A stretch of DNA of 64,000 nucleotides, from the NCBI GenBank assembly GCA_963801315.1, contig CAWDEI010000006.1, positions 325,146 through 389,145 on the forward strand, given 5' to 3'. Origin of the DNA: an uncultured Acidimicrobiales bacterium. GTDB taxonomy: Bacteria; Actinomycetota; Acidimicrobiia; Acidimicrobiales; CAVXTF01. The position numbers and the translations under genes were made by a program. Below the pieces are notes generated by a model, which saw only the letters and a program-made list of their open reading frames with translations, had not been told where the DNA came from and ran no database searches. This document shows, piece by piece, positions 28,262 through 37,007 of the stretch (position 1 is its first letter; every line of letters begins with the position of its first letter).

Positions 28262-28921
28262 TCAATATGAGTATCCGCCCGAAGTCGTGGTCGTGTTCGG
28301 GGCCGAAGTCGAAGTCGACGTCGAACTCGACGCACCGGTGACCGTCTCTGCGAACCAGACGCCACCGATTCCCTGTCCCGTCGCCTGCCCGGGCGATGTG
28401 TCCGCCGAGTAGTAGTAGAGGGGGTGCCCGTTGTAGGTCACCTGAGTAGTGCCGTCGGGCCTCTTCACGGTGCCGATCGTTCCCATCTCGCCGGCCGTGA
28501 GCTTCGGGGTCTGTCCCGCGGAGACCGTGAGGGGAGGCCACTCCTGGGCGCACGACCCCGTGCACTTGATCTGACCGTTGGTCTCGGTCGTCAACATGTA
28601 AAGAGTGTGGCCGTTAGGACCCGTGAGAACTGTGCCCACCGACCCCGCCGTGCCCGAGCTCAAGGTCAGTGCTCCTGCGCTCGCCGACGTAGTGCCCGAA
28701 GAGGCCGGCGTTGAGGAAGACGAGGTCGACGAGCCGGAAGCAGACGAACCCGAGCTGCAGGCTGCGGCTGTCACGGCGATCGCCGCCATGAGCGCGATGC
28801 CTGCCAAGCGCCTGGTCCCGGAGCGACCCCGGTTGCCATCGACGAAGCCCGTCGTGCGGTTGGCCGCACTAATAGACCCTCGATGCAATCCTGGTACCGA
28901 CCTGCCTGTCGAGCTGAGCAT
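28262..28921 (-). CDS. Secreted lipoprotein with two COG4315-type (Lipoprotein_15) repeats
   Basis: C-terminal 219 aa of ORF 28262..29638, from the ATG at 28921 (GGAGAAGGA upstream). Lipobox AVTAAAC, a Ser/Thr-rich linker, and two copies of the motif G-H-x-LY...D...C-x-G-x-C-A-x-x-WPP / GHPLYYYSAD. Confidence 0.7.
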   Translation of the reverse strand: MLSSTGRSVPGLHRGSISAANRTTGFVDGNRGRSGTRRLAGIALMAAIAVTAAACSSGSSASGSSTSSSSTPASSGTTSASAGALTLSSGTAGSVGTVLTGPNGHTLYMLTTETNGQIKCTGSCAQEWPPLTVSAGQTPKLTAGEMGTIGTVKRPDGTTQVTYNGHPLYYYSADTSPGQATGQGIGGVWFAETVTGASSSTSTSTSAPNTTTTSGGYSY

Positions 28922-28940
28922 GTCCTTCTCCGAACTCGGG

Positions 28941-28991
28941 ATGACCTGTAACTCCATATGACCTGTAGCTCCATATGACCTGTAACTCCAT
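28941..28991. repeat. 17-bp direct repeat x3 immediately upstream of the lipoprotein gene
   Basis: atgacctgtaactccat (28941-28957), atgacctgtagctccat (28958-28974) and atgacctgtaactccat (28975-28991). Each unit starts with ATG and ends with CAT, so it carries an ATG on both strands. The 17-nt period rotates the frame from copy to copy. Confidence 0.9.
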
Positions 28992-29105
28992 GGGATACCG
29001 CGCGAGAGTGGCACATGTTCACGTTGAGTCGCTCTCGGAGCGGCCCTGGCGGGTCGACGACCGTCTACTTGTGACGGGCCGAAGAGACAGCGGGTCCACC
29101 GCGGG

Positions 29106-30200
29106 ATGACCAACCTGCAGGCAGCGCTGTTCGACCTCGACGGACTCCTCGTGGACTCGGAGCCGCTCTGGCACGAGGCCGAGATCCAGGTGCTCCAGAG
29201 GTACGGCGTGCCCCTGACCGTGGAGATGTGCCGCGAGACCAAGGGACGGTACGTGTCCGAAGCCGTTCGCCACTGGCACGACAGGTATCCCTGGGAAACG
29301 CCTGGCATCGACGTGGTGGTTGCCGAGATCCTCGACGTCCTCGACCATCTGATCGGCACGCGCCTCGAGCTCAAACCGGGTGTCGGGCACGCAATCGAGG
29401 CGTGCCGTGACCGCGGATTGCGGCTCGCCGTCGCTTCGTCGGCACCTCTACGGATCATCTTGTCGGTGCTCGCGCGATTCGATCTCGACGAGACATTCGA
29501 CGGTGTCTGCTCCGCCGAGCACGAGGCCGCGGGCAAGCCGGACCCGGCTGTGTTCCTCAGTGCGGCGCGCCTGGTCGAGTCCGAGCCCGGAAGGTGCGTC
29601 GTGTTCGAGGACTCGCCGGCGGGGGTGCGAGCCGCCAAGGCTGCGGGAATGCTCTGTGTGGCCGTACCCGAGACGAGGCTTGCCCCCGAGGTGTCCTCAC
29701 CCGGCTCGTCATCGCCTGACGATCAGCCTCGAGCCGATGAATATCGAGCTGATCAACCTCAGTTCGTGAGCGCGGACGTCGTTATCGGGTCTCTCGAGGA
29801 CCTCGACGAATCCGTGTGGTCACGTCTCGAGCTATACGCCGGTGCGACTGTCCTCGCGACGAGGTCCCACCGGTCGCCCTCTCGCCCGCCGATCGTGGTG
29901 TCGCCCGGTGACGACGTCGCCGTCGGGAACCGTGACGACGAATGGCCGGCGTTCGTTCTCGTGACCTCCCCCTCGGGCGCGCAGGGGTGGGTTCCCGAGC
30001 GATTCCTCGAGCTCACAGGCGACGGTCGGGCGAACCCGCTGAGGGTCTACGACACGACCGAGCTCGAGGTCGACCCGGGAGCCATGCTGACCGTCCTCGA
30101 GCCCGATCTCGGGAGCGGGTGGCTGTGGTGCAGCGACGAGCAAGGGCGCAGGGGCTGGGTGCCGGTGAGAAGTGTGGAGCCGCAAGCGAGCCAGGTATGA
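29106..30200 (+). CDS. HAD-superfamily sugar phosphatase (HxpB/YniC-like) fused to a C-terminal tandem SH3-like region
   Basis: Intact 364-aa ORF. HAD motifs FDLDGLLVDSE, VASSA and KPDPAVFL...FEDSPAGVRAA are present. The C-terminal ~130 aa contains two ...GWVPxR(F/S)(L/V)E... segments typical of bacterial SH3-like domains. Confidence 0.75.
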   Translation: MTNLQAALFDLDGLLVDSEPLWHEAEIQVLQRYGVPLTVEMCRETKGRYVSEAVRHWHDRYPWETPGIDVVVAEILDVLDHLIGTRLELKPGVGHAIEACRDRGLRLAVASSAPLRIILSVLARFDLDETFDGVCSAEHEAAGKPDPAVFLSAARLVESEPGRCVVFEDSPAGVRAAKAAGMLCVAVPETRLAPEVSSPGSSSPDDQPRADEYRADQPQFVSADVVIGSLEDLDESVWSRLELYAGATVLATRSHRSPSRPPIVVSPGDDVAVGNRDDEWPAFVLVTSPSGAQGWVPERFLELTGDGRANPLRVYDTTELEVDPGAMLTVLEPDLGSGWLWCSDEQGRRGWVPVRSVEPQASQV

Positions 30201-30246
30201 GCCTCCGGGGATCGCACCCGGAATGGTCGCGACTTAGTCTTTACAC

Positions 30247-31542
30247 GTGACCGGCACGCCGAGCGCAGAGACGGTCGCCATTCCCGTGCCCTTGGTGCAC
30301 CTGTCCAGCTTGATCAAAAGACCGCTCGTGGACCCCGACGGCGACTCCATCGGGAGGGTCCAGGACCTCATCGCGAGGGTCGGAGAGCGTCCGCGTCCCC
30401 AGATCACCGGTGCCGTGGTCCGTATCGAGGGCCGTGACCTCTTCGTGCCAGTCGACATGATCGCCGGGATCGAAGAAGGCAAGGTCCGCTTCAACGGGTC
30501 GCGGCTCGATCTCCGGCGCTTCGAGCGGAGGCCGGGGGAGCTGCTGCTCGCTCACGACCTTCTGGCTCGTCACATAATCAACATGGTCGGCGTCAGGCTC
30601 GTGCGGGCCAACGAGATCGAGCTGGCCCACGTCGACGGTGAGTGGCTCGTCGTCGGGGTGGACACGAGCAGCCGTCCGGTGCTGCGTCGGCTCTTGCCCA
30701 GCGGCCTGAGCCGAGGCATCCGGCCCGGCTCGGTCCTGGACTGGGAGAGCATCGAGCCTTTCGTCTCGCACGTGCCGTCTGCGCGCCTCAGGATCCCTTA
30801 CCGCAAGCTCGCTCGCCTGCATCCGGCTCAGATCGCCGACATCGTCGAAGCCGCGTCGCACGAGGAGGGGGCGGAGATCATCGAGGCTGTCCAGGCCGAC
30901 AGGGAGCTCGAGGCCGATGTGTTCGAACAGCTCGACATCGAGCACCAGGTCGAGTTCGTGAAAACCAGGTCTGACGCCGATGCTGCGAGGCTGCTCGCAC
31001 GGATGGCGCCCGATGAGGCAGCCGACCTCATCATGGAGCTCGACCAGGAACGCAGGCTCCCTGTGCTCGGGCTCCTTCCCGCGTCCCAGCAGCGCAAGGT
31101 CCGCTCGCTTCTCAGCTACAACCCCGAGACGGCGGGTGGCCTGATGAGCCCCGACTTCCTGGCGTTGCCGGAGTCGACCTGCGTTTCGGATGCACTAGCG
31201 GCCATCCGGCACAGCAGCGCGCCTCCGGAATCTCTGAACGTCGTGTTCACCCTGGACGAGTCCGGTTCCGTGTCGGGATCGGTGTCGGCGGTCCTGTTGA
31301 TCAGGTCCGACCCGGCCGCGACGCTCGACCGAGTCGCGCGACCCAATCCGGCCCACGTGCACACCGACTGGGACGTCAACTCGGTGGTCCGCAAGATGTC
31401 CGACTTCGACCTGACCGTCGCTCCTGTGATGGACGACGATCACGGCCAGATCCTCGGGGTGGTCACGGTGGACGACGTCCTCGAGATGCTCCTGCCGAGC
31501 GGTTGGCGCCGCGACGCACGCATGACCGCGAAGGAGGAATGA
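30247..31542 (+). CDS. Soluble PRC-barrel + MgtE-N + CBS-pair protein (no MgtE membrane domain)
   Basis: Intact 431-aa ORF. The MgtE N-domain signature (RLLARMAPDEAADLIMELDQERRLPVLGLL...SLLSYNPETAGGLMSPDF) is followed by two CBS-like modules. The ORF ends without any hydrophobic transporter domain. Confidence 0.75.
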   Translation: MTGTPSAETVAIPVPLVHLSSLIKRPLVDPDGDSIGRVQDLIARVGERPRPQITGAVVRIEGRDLFVPVDMIAGIEEGKVRFNGSRLDLRRFERRPGELLLAHDLLARHIINMVGVRLVRANEIELAHVDGEWLVVGVDTSSRPVLRRLLPSGLSRGIRPGSVLDWESIEPFVSHVPSARLRIPYRKLARLHPAQIADIVEAASHEEGAEIIEAVQADRELEADVFEQLDIEHQVEFVKTRSDADAARLLARMAPDEAADLIMELDQERRLPVLGLLPASQQRKVRSLLSYNPETAGGLMSPDFLALPESTCVSDALAAIRHSSAPPESLNVVFTLDESGSVSGSVSAVLLIRSDPAATLDRVARPNPAHVHTDWDVNSVVRKMSDFDLTVAPVMDDDHGQILGVVTVDDVLEMLLPSGWRRDARMTAKEE

Positions 31543-31591
31543 ACGGCTCGCCGAGGCTCGGCGTGAGGAGAGTGGCTAGACCCCAGGGCGC

Positions 31592-31635
31592 CTCGGACAG
31601 GCTCCGGGAGTGCCCCCCACCGGAACCTGTCCGAG
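31592..31635 (+). terminator. Candidate stem-loop downstream of the MgtE-N/CBS gene
   Basis: Perfect 10-bp inverted repeat ctcggacagg (31592-31601) / cctgtccgag (31626-31635), with an inner 5-bp stem tccgg/ccgga. It lies about 50 nt after the stop codon. There is no U-tract, so terminator function is uncertain. Confidence 0.3.
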
Positions 31636-31905
31636 ACCCACCTGCGAGCACGTGCCCTGCCCGGGGCGGCTACCGGCGGCGGGGTGCTCGGTCTGGGTGA
31701 CCTTGTCTCCGTCCCCCTGCTCTCGATCTCTTCCGACAGTCAACAACCTCTCCCTGAACGGTTCGTGACGGACCCGCGACATGCGACTGAACTTTTCCGC
31801 AGTGCCCAAAAAGGGCTCTGACCTCGGAGTCCGCCGTCCGCTGCGGAAGCCTGTCAATGCCGCAATCGTTCAAGTCGAGGGATCGAAGGGCCGACAAGAC
31901 AACCC

Positions 31906-32400
31906 ATGACCAGGACCCGCGCAGTTTTCATCCTCCTCGGCCCTGCGGCACTGCTCTCGGTCGTTCTATCTGCATGCGGGGGAGGTTCGAGCTCGACCGT
32001 GGTCTCGGGTTCGAGCACGACCCAGGGCAGCACCCAAGGCGCGACGAGCACCACTCAGGTCAGTGCCGACTCCGAGTACCTGGCCATAGTGGCACCCGTA
32101 GACGTCCGCCAGAAGCTGTTCAAGGACTCGACGACCGGCGCCGAGGCGGAGTTGAGGGCCGGACCTTTCGCGACGGCACTCCAAACCTGGTCGACCGAGC
32201 TGACCGGTTTCTCGTGGCCGAGCTCCGCTCAAGCAGACGTCCGAGCGCTCATCGCCGCCATACCCCCACTGGTGTCCGACCTGAACGGTGTCGCGGACGG
32301 CAACTTCGCCGACGTGGCCCAGGCGCGGATAGACGGCGCTCCCGTCACCGCGGACGCCGGACAGGTGCGCCACGACCTCGGGCTCCCGGTAACGGGCTAG
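31906..32400 (+). CDS. Hypothetical lipoprotein
   Basis: Intact 164-aa ORF with a signal peptide and lipobox (LLSVVLSAC) followed by a Ser/Thr/Gly-rich linker. No family recognised. Confidence 0.6.
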   Translation: MTRTRAVFILLGPAALLSVVLSACGGGSSSTVVSGSSTTQGSTQGATSTTQVSADSEYLAIVAPVDVRQKLFKDSTTGAEAELRAGPFATALQTWSTELTGFSWPSSAQADVRALIAAIPPLVSDLNGVADGNFADVAQARIDGAPVTADAGQVRHDLGLPVTG

Positions 32401-32928
32401 GACGTCGCGAGCCGCTCGACGATCTCGACGGCAGGTCGAGAGAGCAGAAGAGCGGGAGGCCCGACGATCTTGCGCCGGCGGCTCCCACCTCCGAGGACGA
32501 GACGTTCGCCGCGTGGTCACCCGACTGTCCACCCAGATCGGCATGTCATCGGGCAGGCCGAACGCCGTGACGCCTCCTATGGCCATTCCCGTAAGGGCCC
32601 GAGTCAGGTCCCGGTCGGCGAAGGACGCCTTTCTGGTTCCGAGCCGGTCTCTGACAGCGTGGTTCACGTCCAGGCGGGTAGTGGCGAGAAGCACGCAGGC
32701 CGCGTATCTCGGGGGCTCCGACTTTCCCACCACGACGATGGTGTTGGCGGCGTCCTGTTCGGCGTACCCGTAGGCGGCGCAGAACGAAGCGGTGTCTGCG
32801 AGGTCGGGGTCGCACTCCACCACTTCGTACGGCGTGCCGAGCGCCCTTAGGTGCGCGTCCACCCGTCGCTCGACGGCTTCAGGGTCGAGATCGAGGTCGT
32901 CGGGATCCGCAGGCCGCTCGGTGGTCAT
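32397..32928 (-). pseudogene. YbaK/EbsC-type aminoacyl-tRNA editing domain protein, frame-disrupted near 32513-32522
   Basis: From the ATG at 32928: MTTERPADP...NTIVVVGKSEPPRYAACVLLATTRLDVN...MAIGGVTAFGLPDDMPIWVDSRV. The conserved C-terminus ERLVLGGGSRRRKIVGPPALLLSRPAVEIVERLATS* is found only after a +1 shift. The stop lies at 32397-32399. Confidence 0.7.
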
Positions 32929-33203
32929 CTGCCCAGGCGGTCGGCGATCTCCTCGGACCATCCCGGGAAGTAACTCCCGATCTGGTCCAGCGAGAAGGTC
33001 CGCAGGATCGAGGTATTGGGCTCGCGCTCGAGCAGGTACCGGAACGACTCTTCGACGAGCGCCTGATCGGTGGTGCCGGGTCCGCCAACGTGCTGGGCGA
33101 GACCGGTAGGCACCCGGACCTCGTGGGTCGTGGTCACGGTGTCGCCGCTGACCTCGACGAGGTAGCGGCCGGCGTGCTGCGGTGTCACCTTTAGATCTGC
33201 CAT
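32925..33203 (-). CDS. Hypothetical protein (92 aa), start/stop-overlapped with the YbaK-like gene
   Basis: C-terminal part of ORF 32925..33350, from the ATG at 33203. Its TGA overlaps the ATG of the downstream gene (ATGA). No family recognised. Confidence 0.5.
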   Translation of the reverse strand: MADLKVTPQHAGRYLVEVSGDTVTTTHEVRVPTGLAQHVGGPGTTDQALVEESFRYLLEREPNTSILRTFSLDQIGSYFPGWSEEIADRLGR

Positions 33204-33311
33204 GGCGCGGGCTGAAACGCTATCTCCGCTGCCCGAGTAGCGTTGTCGATGCGGACGCGTGTCCGCGTTTCGTCCTGACCTGAAAAGCGTTCCCGAACAG
33301 GAGCCCGCAAA

Positions 33312-33806
33312 GTGGCAGACATCTTCGACGTCCCGATCCACACTCTCCAAGGTGAGGAAGGTTCACTGGCGCCCTACAAGGGGAAGGCTCTCCTACTTGT
33401 GAACGTCGCCTCCAAGTGCGGCCTCACCCCGCAGTACGCCGGGCTCGAGAAGCTCCAGGAGCAATATGGCGGACGCGGCTTTTCGGTTCTCGGGTTTCCG
33501 TGCAACCAATTCCTCGGTCAGGAGCCGGGCACTTCCGAGGAGATCGCCGAATTCTGCTCCACCACCTACGGAGTCACGTTCCCCATGTTCGAGAAGATCG
33601 AGGTGAACGGGCCCGAGCGCAATCCGATATACGAAGAGCTGACCAAGTCGGCGGACGCGGAGGGCCAGGCGGGCGACATCACCTGGAACTTCGAGAAATT
33701 CCTGATCTCCCCTGGCGGTGATGTGGTCGCCAGATTCCGTCCGCAGGTCGAGCCCGAGGACCCCAAGCTCGTCGAGGCGCTCGAGGGGGTCCTACCCGGG
33801 GCATGA
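33312..33806 (+). CDS. Glutathione peroxidase-family thiol peroxidase
   Basis: Intact 164-aa ORF with canonical GPx motifs LLVNVASKCGLTPQY, LGFPCNQF and WNFEKFL. Confidence 0.9.
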   Translation: MADIFDVPIHTLQGEEGSLAPYKGKALLLVNVASKCGLTPQYAGLEKLQEQYGGRGFSVLGFPCNQFLGQEPGTSEEIAEFCSTTYGVTFPMFEKIEVNGPERNPIYEELTKSADAEGQAGDITWNFEKFLISPGGDVVARFRPQVEPEDPKLVEALEGVLPGA

Positions 33807-33839
33807 GCCCCGGCACCGAATCCATGGCGGAGGTCAACG

Positions 33840-35402
33840 GTGCCTAGTGACACGAAGCCCTCCTCGGGCCTGCCGGACCTGATGGTCGGGCCCGAGGGTG
33901 CGACTCCTACGGCTCACCTGATACCCAATGAGCCGAGTGGCGGCACGGATCACATCGCCCCTCCGCGGGTCTTCCCGCGCAAGCTGCCGCCGGCGACGCC
34001 AATGGAGCTTGCGCGTCGCGGCAACGAGATCGCGATCGTCATGGCCAGGCATTTCGCTCCGTTGGCGATGCGGCAGGTACGTCAGGTCAGAAGCGGAGCG
34101 TTGCCGATCGAGGCGCTCGCTGCTCCGCTCAGGATGACCTTCGAGGACCTGGGCGGAACGTTCATGAAGTTCGGGCAACTCGTCGCGTCATCCCCCGGCG
34201 TGTTCGGAGAAGAAGTGTCCGACGAGTTCCGGGCCTGTCTCGACACCGGGCCGCCCGTCGACTTCCAGCTCATTCGCAACCGCATCGAGGCCGATCTCGG
34301 CATGGCGCTCGAAGAGGCCTACGCGCAGATAGACGAGGAGCCGGTCGGACGTGCATCGATCGCCGTGGTGCACCGCGCACAGCTGCACGACGGGCGGGTC
34401 GTCGGGGTGAAGATCCTGCGTCCCGAGATCCACCATGTCGTGTCCACGGACCTCGACATGCTCCAGCCGCTTCTCGAGCTCATCGCGCACCAGACCGGGG
34501 ACGAGAACGCCGGCTGGTTCCTGCAGATGCTCGACGGGTTCCGCGAGCAGATAGGTGAAGAGCTCGACCTCCGAAACGAGGCTCGGGCGATGATGCACTT
34601 CAGGACTCTGCTCGCCACCGCGGACCTCCCGTCGATCGTCGTGCCCGGCGTCGTCGCCGAATTGTCGAGCCGCAACGTGCTCACCATGGAGTTCTTGGAG
34701 GGCGAACCGATCGACGACGTCGCGGCGGCCGCTCAATTCGGGGTTGACCCGGCGCCACTCGTCGCCCAGGTGGTGAGGGCGTTCTTCTTGATGACGATCA
34801 GGTGGGGCGTCTTCCACGGCGACGTGCACGCGGGCAACCTCCTGTTGCTCCGCGACGGTCGGATCGGCCTTCTCGACTGGGGCATCGTCGGACGGCTCAA
34901 TGCCGACACGCACAAGTTCTTCGTACGGGTGATAGAGGGCGCTCTCGGCGACGACGATGCGTGGGACGACGTGTCGGCGCACCTGGTGAAGACCTATGGA
35001 CCGGCGATCCGCGACAGCCTCGGGTTCGACGACGACCAACTCTCTGACTTCGTGCGCGGGCTGATCGAGCCGGTGCTGACCCGGCCCTTCGGCGAGGTGA
35101 GCCTGTCGTCGATCCTCACCGCTCCTCAGACCCAGATGGCCCGTGCCCGCGGCCAGCGGGCACACGAGGGAAGCGTCAGGTCGGTGATATCGAAGCTGCG
35201 GGCACAGCGCCGCCTGCGCAGAGTCACAGAGGAGTACGGAGGGATGGACTCGGATTTCGATCGCGGCACCTTCCTGCTCGCGAAGCAGCTCATGTATTTC
35301 GAGCGGTACGGCAAGATGTTCATGTCCGACACCCCGATCCTTTCTGACCGCGTTTTCTTCGAGTCGCTCGTCGGGCGCGCCGGCACCTCTCCCGCTCCGT
35401 AG
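33840..35402 (+). CDS. ABC1/UbiB (AarF)-family atypical kinase
   Basis: Intact 520-aa ORF with FEDLGGTFMKFGQLVASSPG, EPVGRASIAVVHRAQL...VGVKILRP and FHGDVHAGNLL. The true start may be internal (MELARRG...). Confidence 0.8.
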   Translation: MPSDTKPSSGLPDLMVGPEGATPTAHLIPNEPSGGTDHIAPPRVFPRKLPPATPMELARRGNEIAIVMARHFAPLAMRQVRQVRSGALPIEALAAPLRMTFEDLGGTFMKFGQLVASSPGVFGEEVSDEFRACLDTGPPVDFQLIRNRIEADLGMALEEAYAQIDEEPVGRASIAVVHRAQLHDGRVVGVKILRPEIHHVVSTDLDMLQPLLELIAHQTGDENAGWFLQMLDGFREQIGEELDLRNEARAMMHFRTLLATADLPSIVVPGVVAELSSRNVLTMEFLEGEPIDDVAAAAQFGVDPAPLVAQVVRAFFLMTIRWGVFHGDVHAGNLLLLRDGRIGLLDWGIVGRLNADTHKFFVRVIEGALGDDDAWDDVSAHLVKTYGPAIRDSLGFDDDQLSDFVRGLIEPVLTRPFGEVSLSSILTAPQTQMARARGQRAHEGSVRSVISKLRAQRRLRRVTEEYGGMDSDFDRGTFLLAKQLMYFERYGKMFMSDTPILSDRVFFESLVGRAGTSPAP

Positions 35403-35414
35403 GAACCGGCATTC

Positions 35415-35816
35415 ATGGAAACGAAGACCATCGCGATCGAGACCGGTCGCCGACGCGTGACCGACATCACACGAGACGTTCTCGAGTTCTGCGCCGGTCG
35501 CCGCGACGGGCTCTGCACGGTGTTCGTTCCGCACGCGACGGCAGGCGTAGCGCTCATGGAGCTCGGGTCGGGGTCCGAGGAGGACCTCGGCCGCACGCTA
35601 GAGCAGCTTCTTCCTCGGGAGGATCGGTATTCGCACCGCCACGGGTCCCCAGGACACGGAGCCGATCACCTGCTGCCGGTGCTGGTATCCCCCTCTGTCG
35701 TGATCCCTGTGCTCGGCGGGAAACCCGCCCTCGGTACCTGGCAGAGCGTCGTGCTCGTGGACACGAACGTCGACAACCCCAGACGTCAGGTGCTGCTCAG
35801 CTTTCTCGCGGGCTGA
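35415..35816 (+). CDS. yjbQ: YjbQ/UPF0047 family (secondary thiamine-phosphate synthase-like) protein
   Basis: Intact 133-aa ORF with VFVPHATAGV...ELGSGSEEDL...RYSHRHGSPGHGADHL...LGTWQSVVLVD, characteristic of UPF0047. Confidence 0.8.
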   Translation: METKTIAIETGRRRVTDITRDVLEFCAGRRDGLCTVFVPHATAGVALMELGSGSEEDLGRTLEQLLPREDRYSHRHGSPGHGADHLLPVLVSPSVVIPVLGGKPALGTWQSVVLVDTNVDNPRRQVLLSFLAG

Positions 35817-35842
35817 CCGGGCTTCAGTACGGCTTCGGCACC

Positions 35843-37007
35843 TCAGTACGACTTCGGCAGGCCGAGGGAGTGCTGCGAGACGAAGTTGAGGATCATCTCC
35901 CTGCTCACGGGTGCGGTGCGCATCAACCGGGTCATTCCCCACATGTCCGCAAGGCCGAACTCGCTCGACATGCCGTTGCCGCCGTGCACCTGGATGGCCT
36001 GGTCGAGTGCCGCGAGCGCAGCCTCTGCCGCTGCGTACTTGGCCATGTTGGCGGTCTCTCCGGCGACCTGCGGGTCGGCATCGGCATCACATGCCCAGGC
36101 TGCCTTCTGGCACATTAGGCGCGCGAGCTCGAGGTCGATCTTGGCCTTTGCGAGCGGATGCGACAGTCCTTGGTGCCGTCCTATCGGGGTTCCCCACACG
36201 GAGCGGTTCCTGGCGTAGTTGGCCGCTTTTTCGAGGGCGTACCGGCCCACACCTGTCGCTATCGAGGCCGTCAATATCCGCTCGGGGTTGAGGCCCGAGA
36301 AGACCTGGCGAAGGCCGTCACCCTCGGTGCCGACGAGCCGGTCGGCAGCGACCTGGACGTTGTCGAAGAAGACGGTGAATTGCTTCTCCGGCGCGACTAT
36401 CTCGACGGGGATCGGGGTCATCTCGATCCCGGGAGTGTCGAGGTCGACGACGAAGAGCGAGAGTCGACCCCGACCGGTCTGCTCGTCGGTGGAGGTCCTC
36501 GTCACGACGAGCATCGCCTGGCACTCGTCGCAGCCCGAGATGTAGTACTTGGTCCCGTTCAAGCCGGTAGACGTCCCCGTCGCGCGACGCGGTCGTCGAG
36601 ATGTTGTGGGAATTCGAACCGGCGTCCGGCTCCGTGATGGCGAACGCCATCTTCAAAGAGCCGTTCCCGAATCCAGGCAGCCAGCGACCGCGCTGCTCGT
36701 CGGTGCCGAACTCCGAGATGATCGTTGCGCAGATTGCGGGCGAGACGACCAGCAGCAGCAGCGGGCAGCCCTGAGCTGCGAGCTCCTCTTCGACGATCGC
36801 AAGCTCCGTTATGCCCTGACCACCTCCGCCGTACCGCTCGGGCACGTTGACACCGAGATAGCCGGCTGCCGCAAGCTCGTCCCACAGCTCGTCGGTCTTC
36901 TTGCCCGCGCGCGACCTGTCGACGTAGTACTCGTGCCCGTAGCGTGCCGCGATGGAGCTGACCGCCGCACGGAGCATCTGCTGCTCTTCTGATTCGTCGA
37001 AATCCAT
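35843..37007 (-). pseudogene. Acyl-CoA dehydrogenase (FadE19/isovaleryl-CoA dehydrogenase-like), frame-disrupted at 36560-36563
   Basis: The N-terminal half starts at the ATG at 37007 (AGGAG 5 nt upstream): MDFDESEEQQMLR...AFAITEPDAGSNSHNISTTASRDGDVYRL. The C-terminal half is ORF 35843..36562 (NGTKYYISG...). The two join only if one T of the cggcTTgaac context is removed. Confidence 0.8.

Noticed and set aside
28992-29105. Possible ECF-type promoter (GTGAAC-N16-CGGTAT on the minus strand, around 29005-29035) upstream of the lipoprotein-sigma operon
   Set aside because: It is only a loose resemblance to GGAAC-N16/17-CGT motifs. Without a known consensus for this sigma group or a mapped 5' end it is not supportable.
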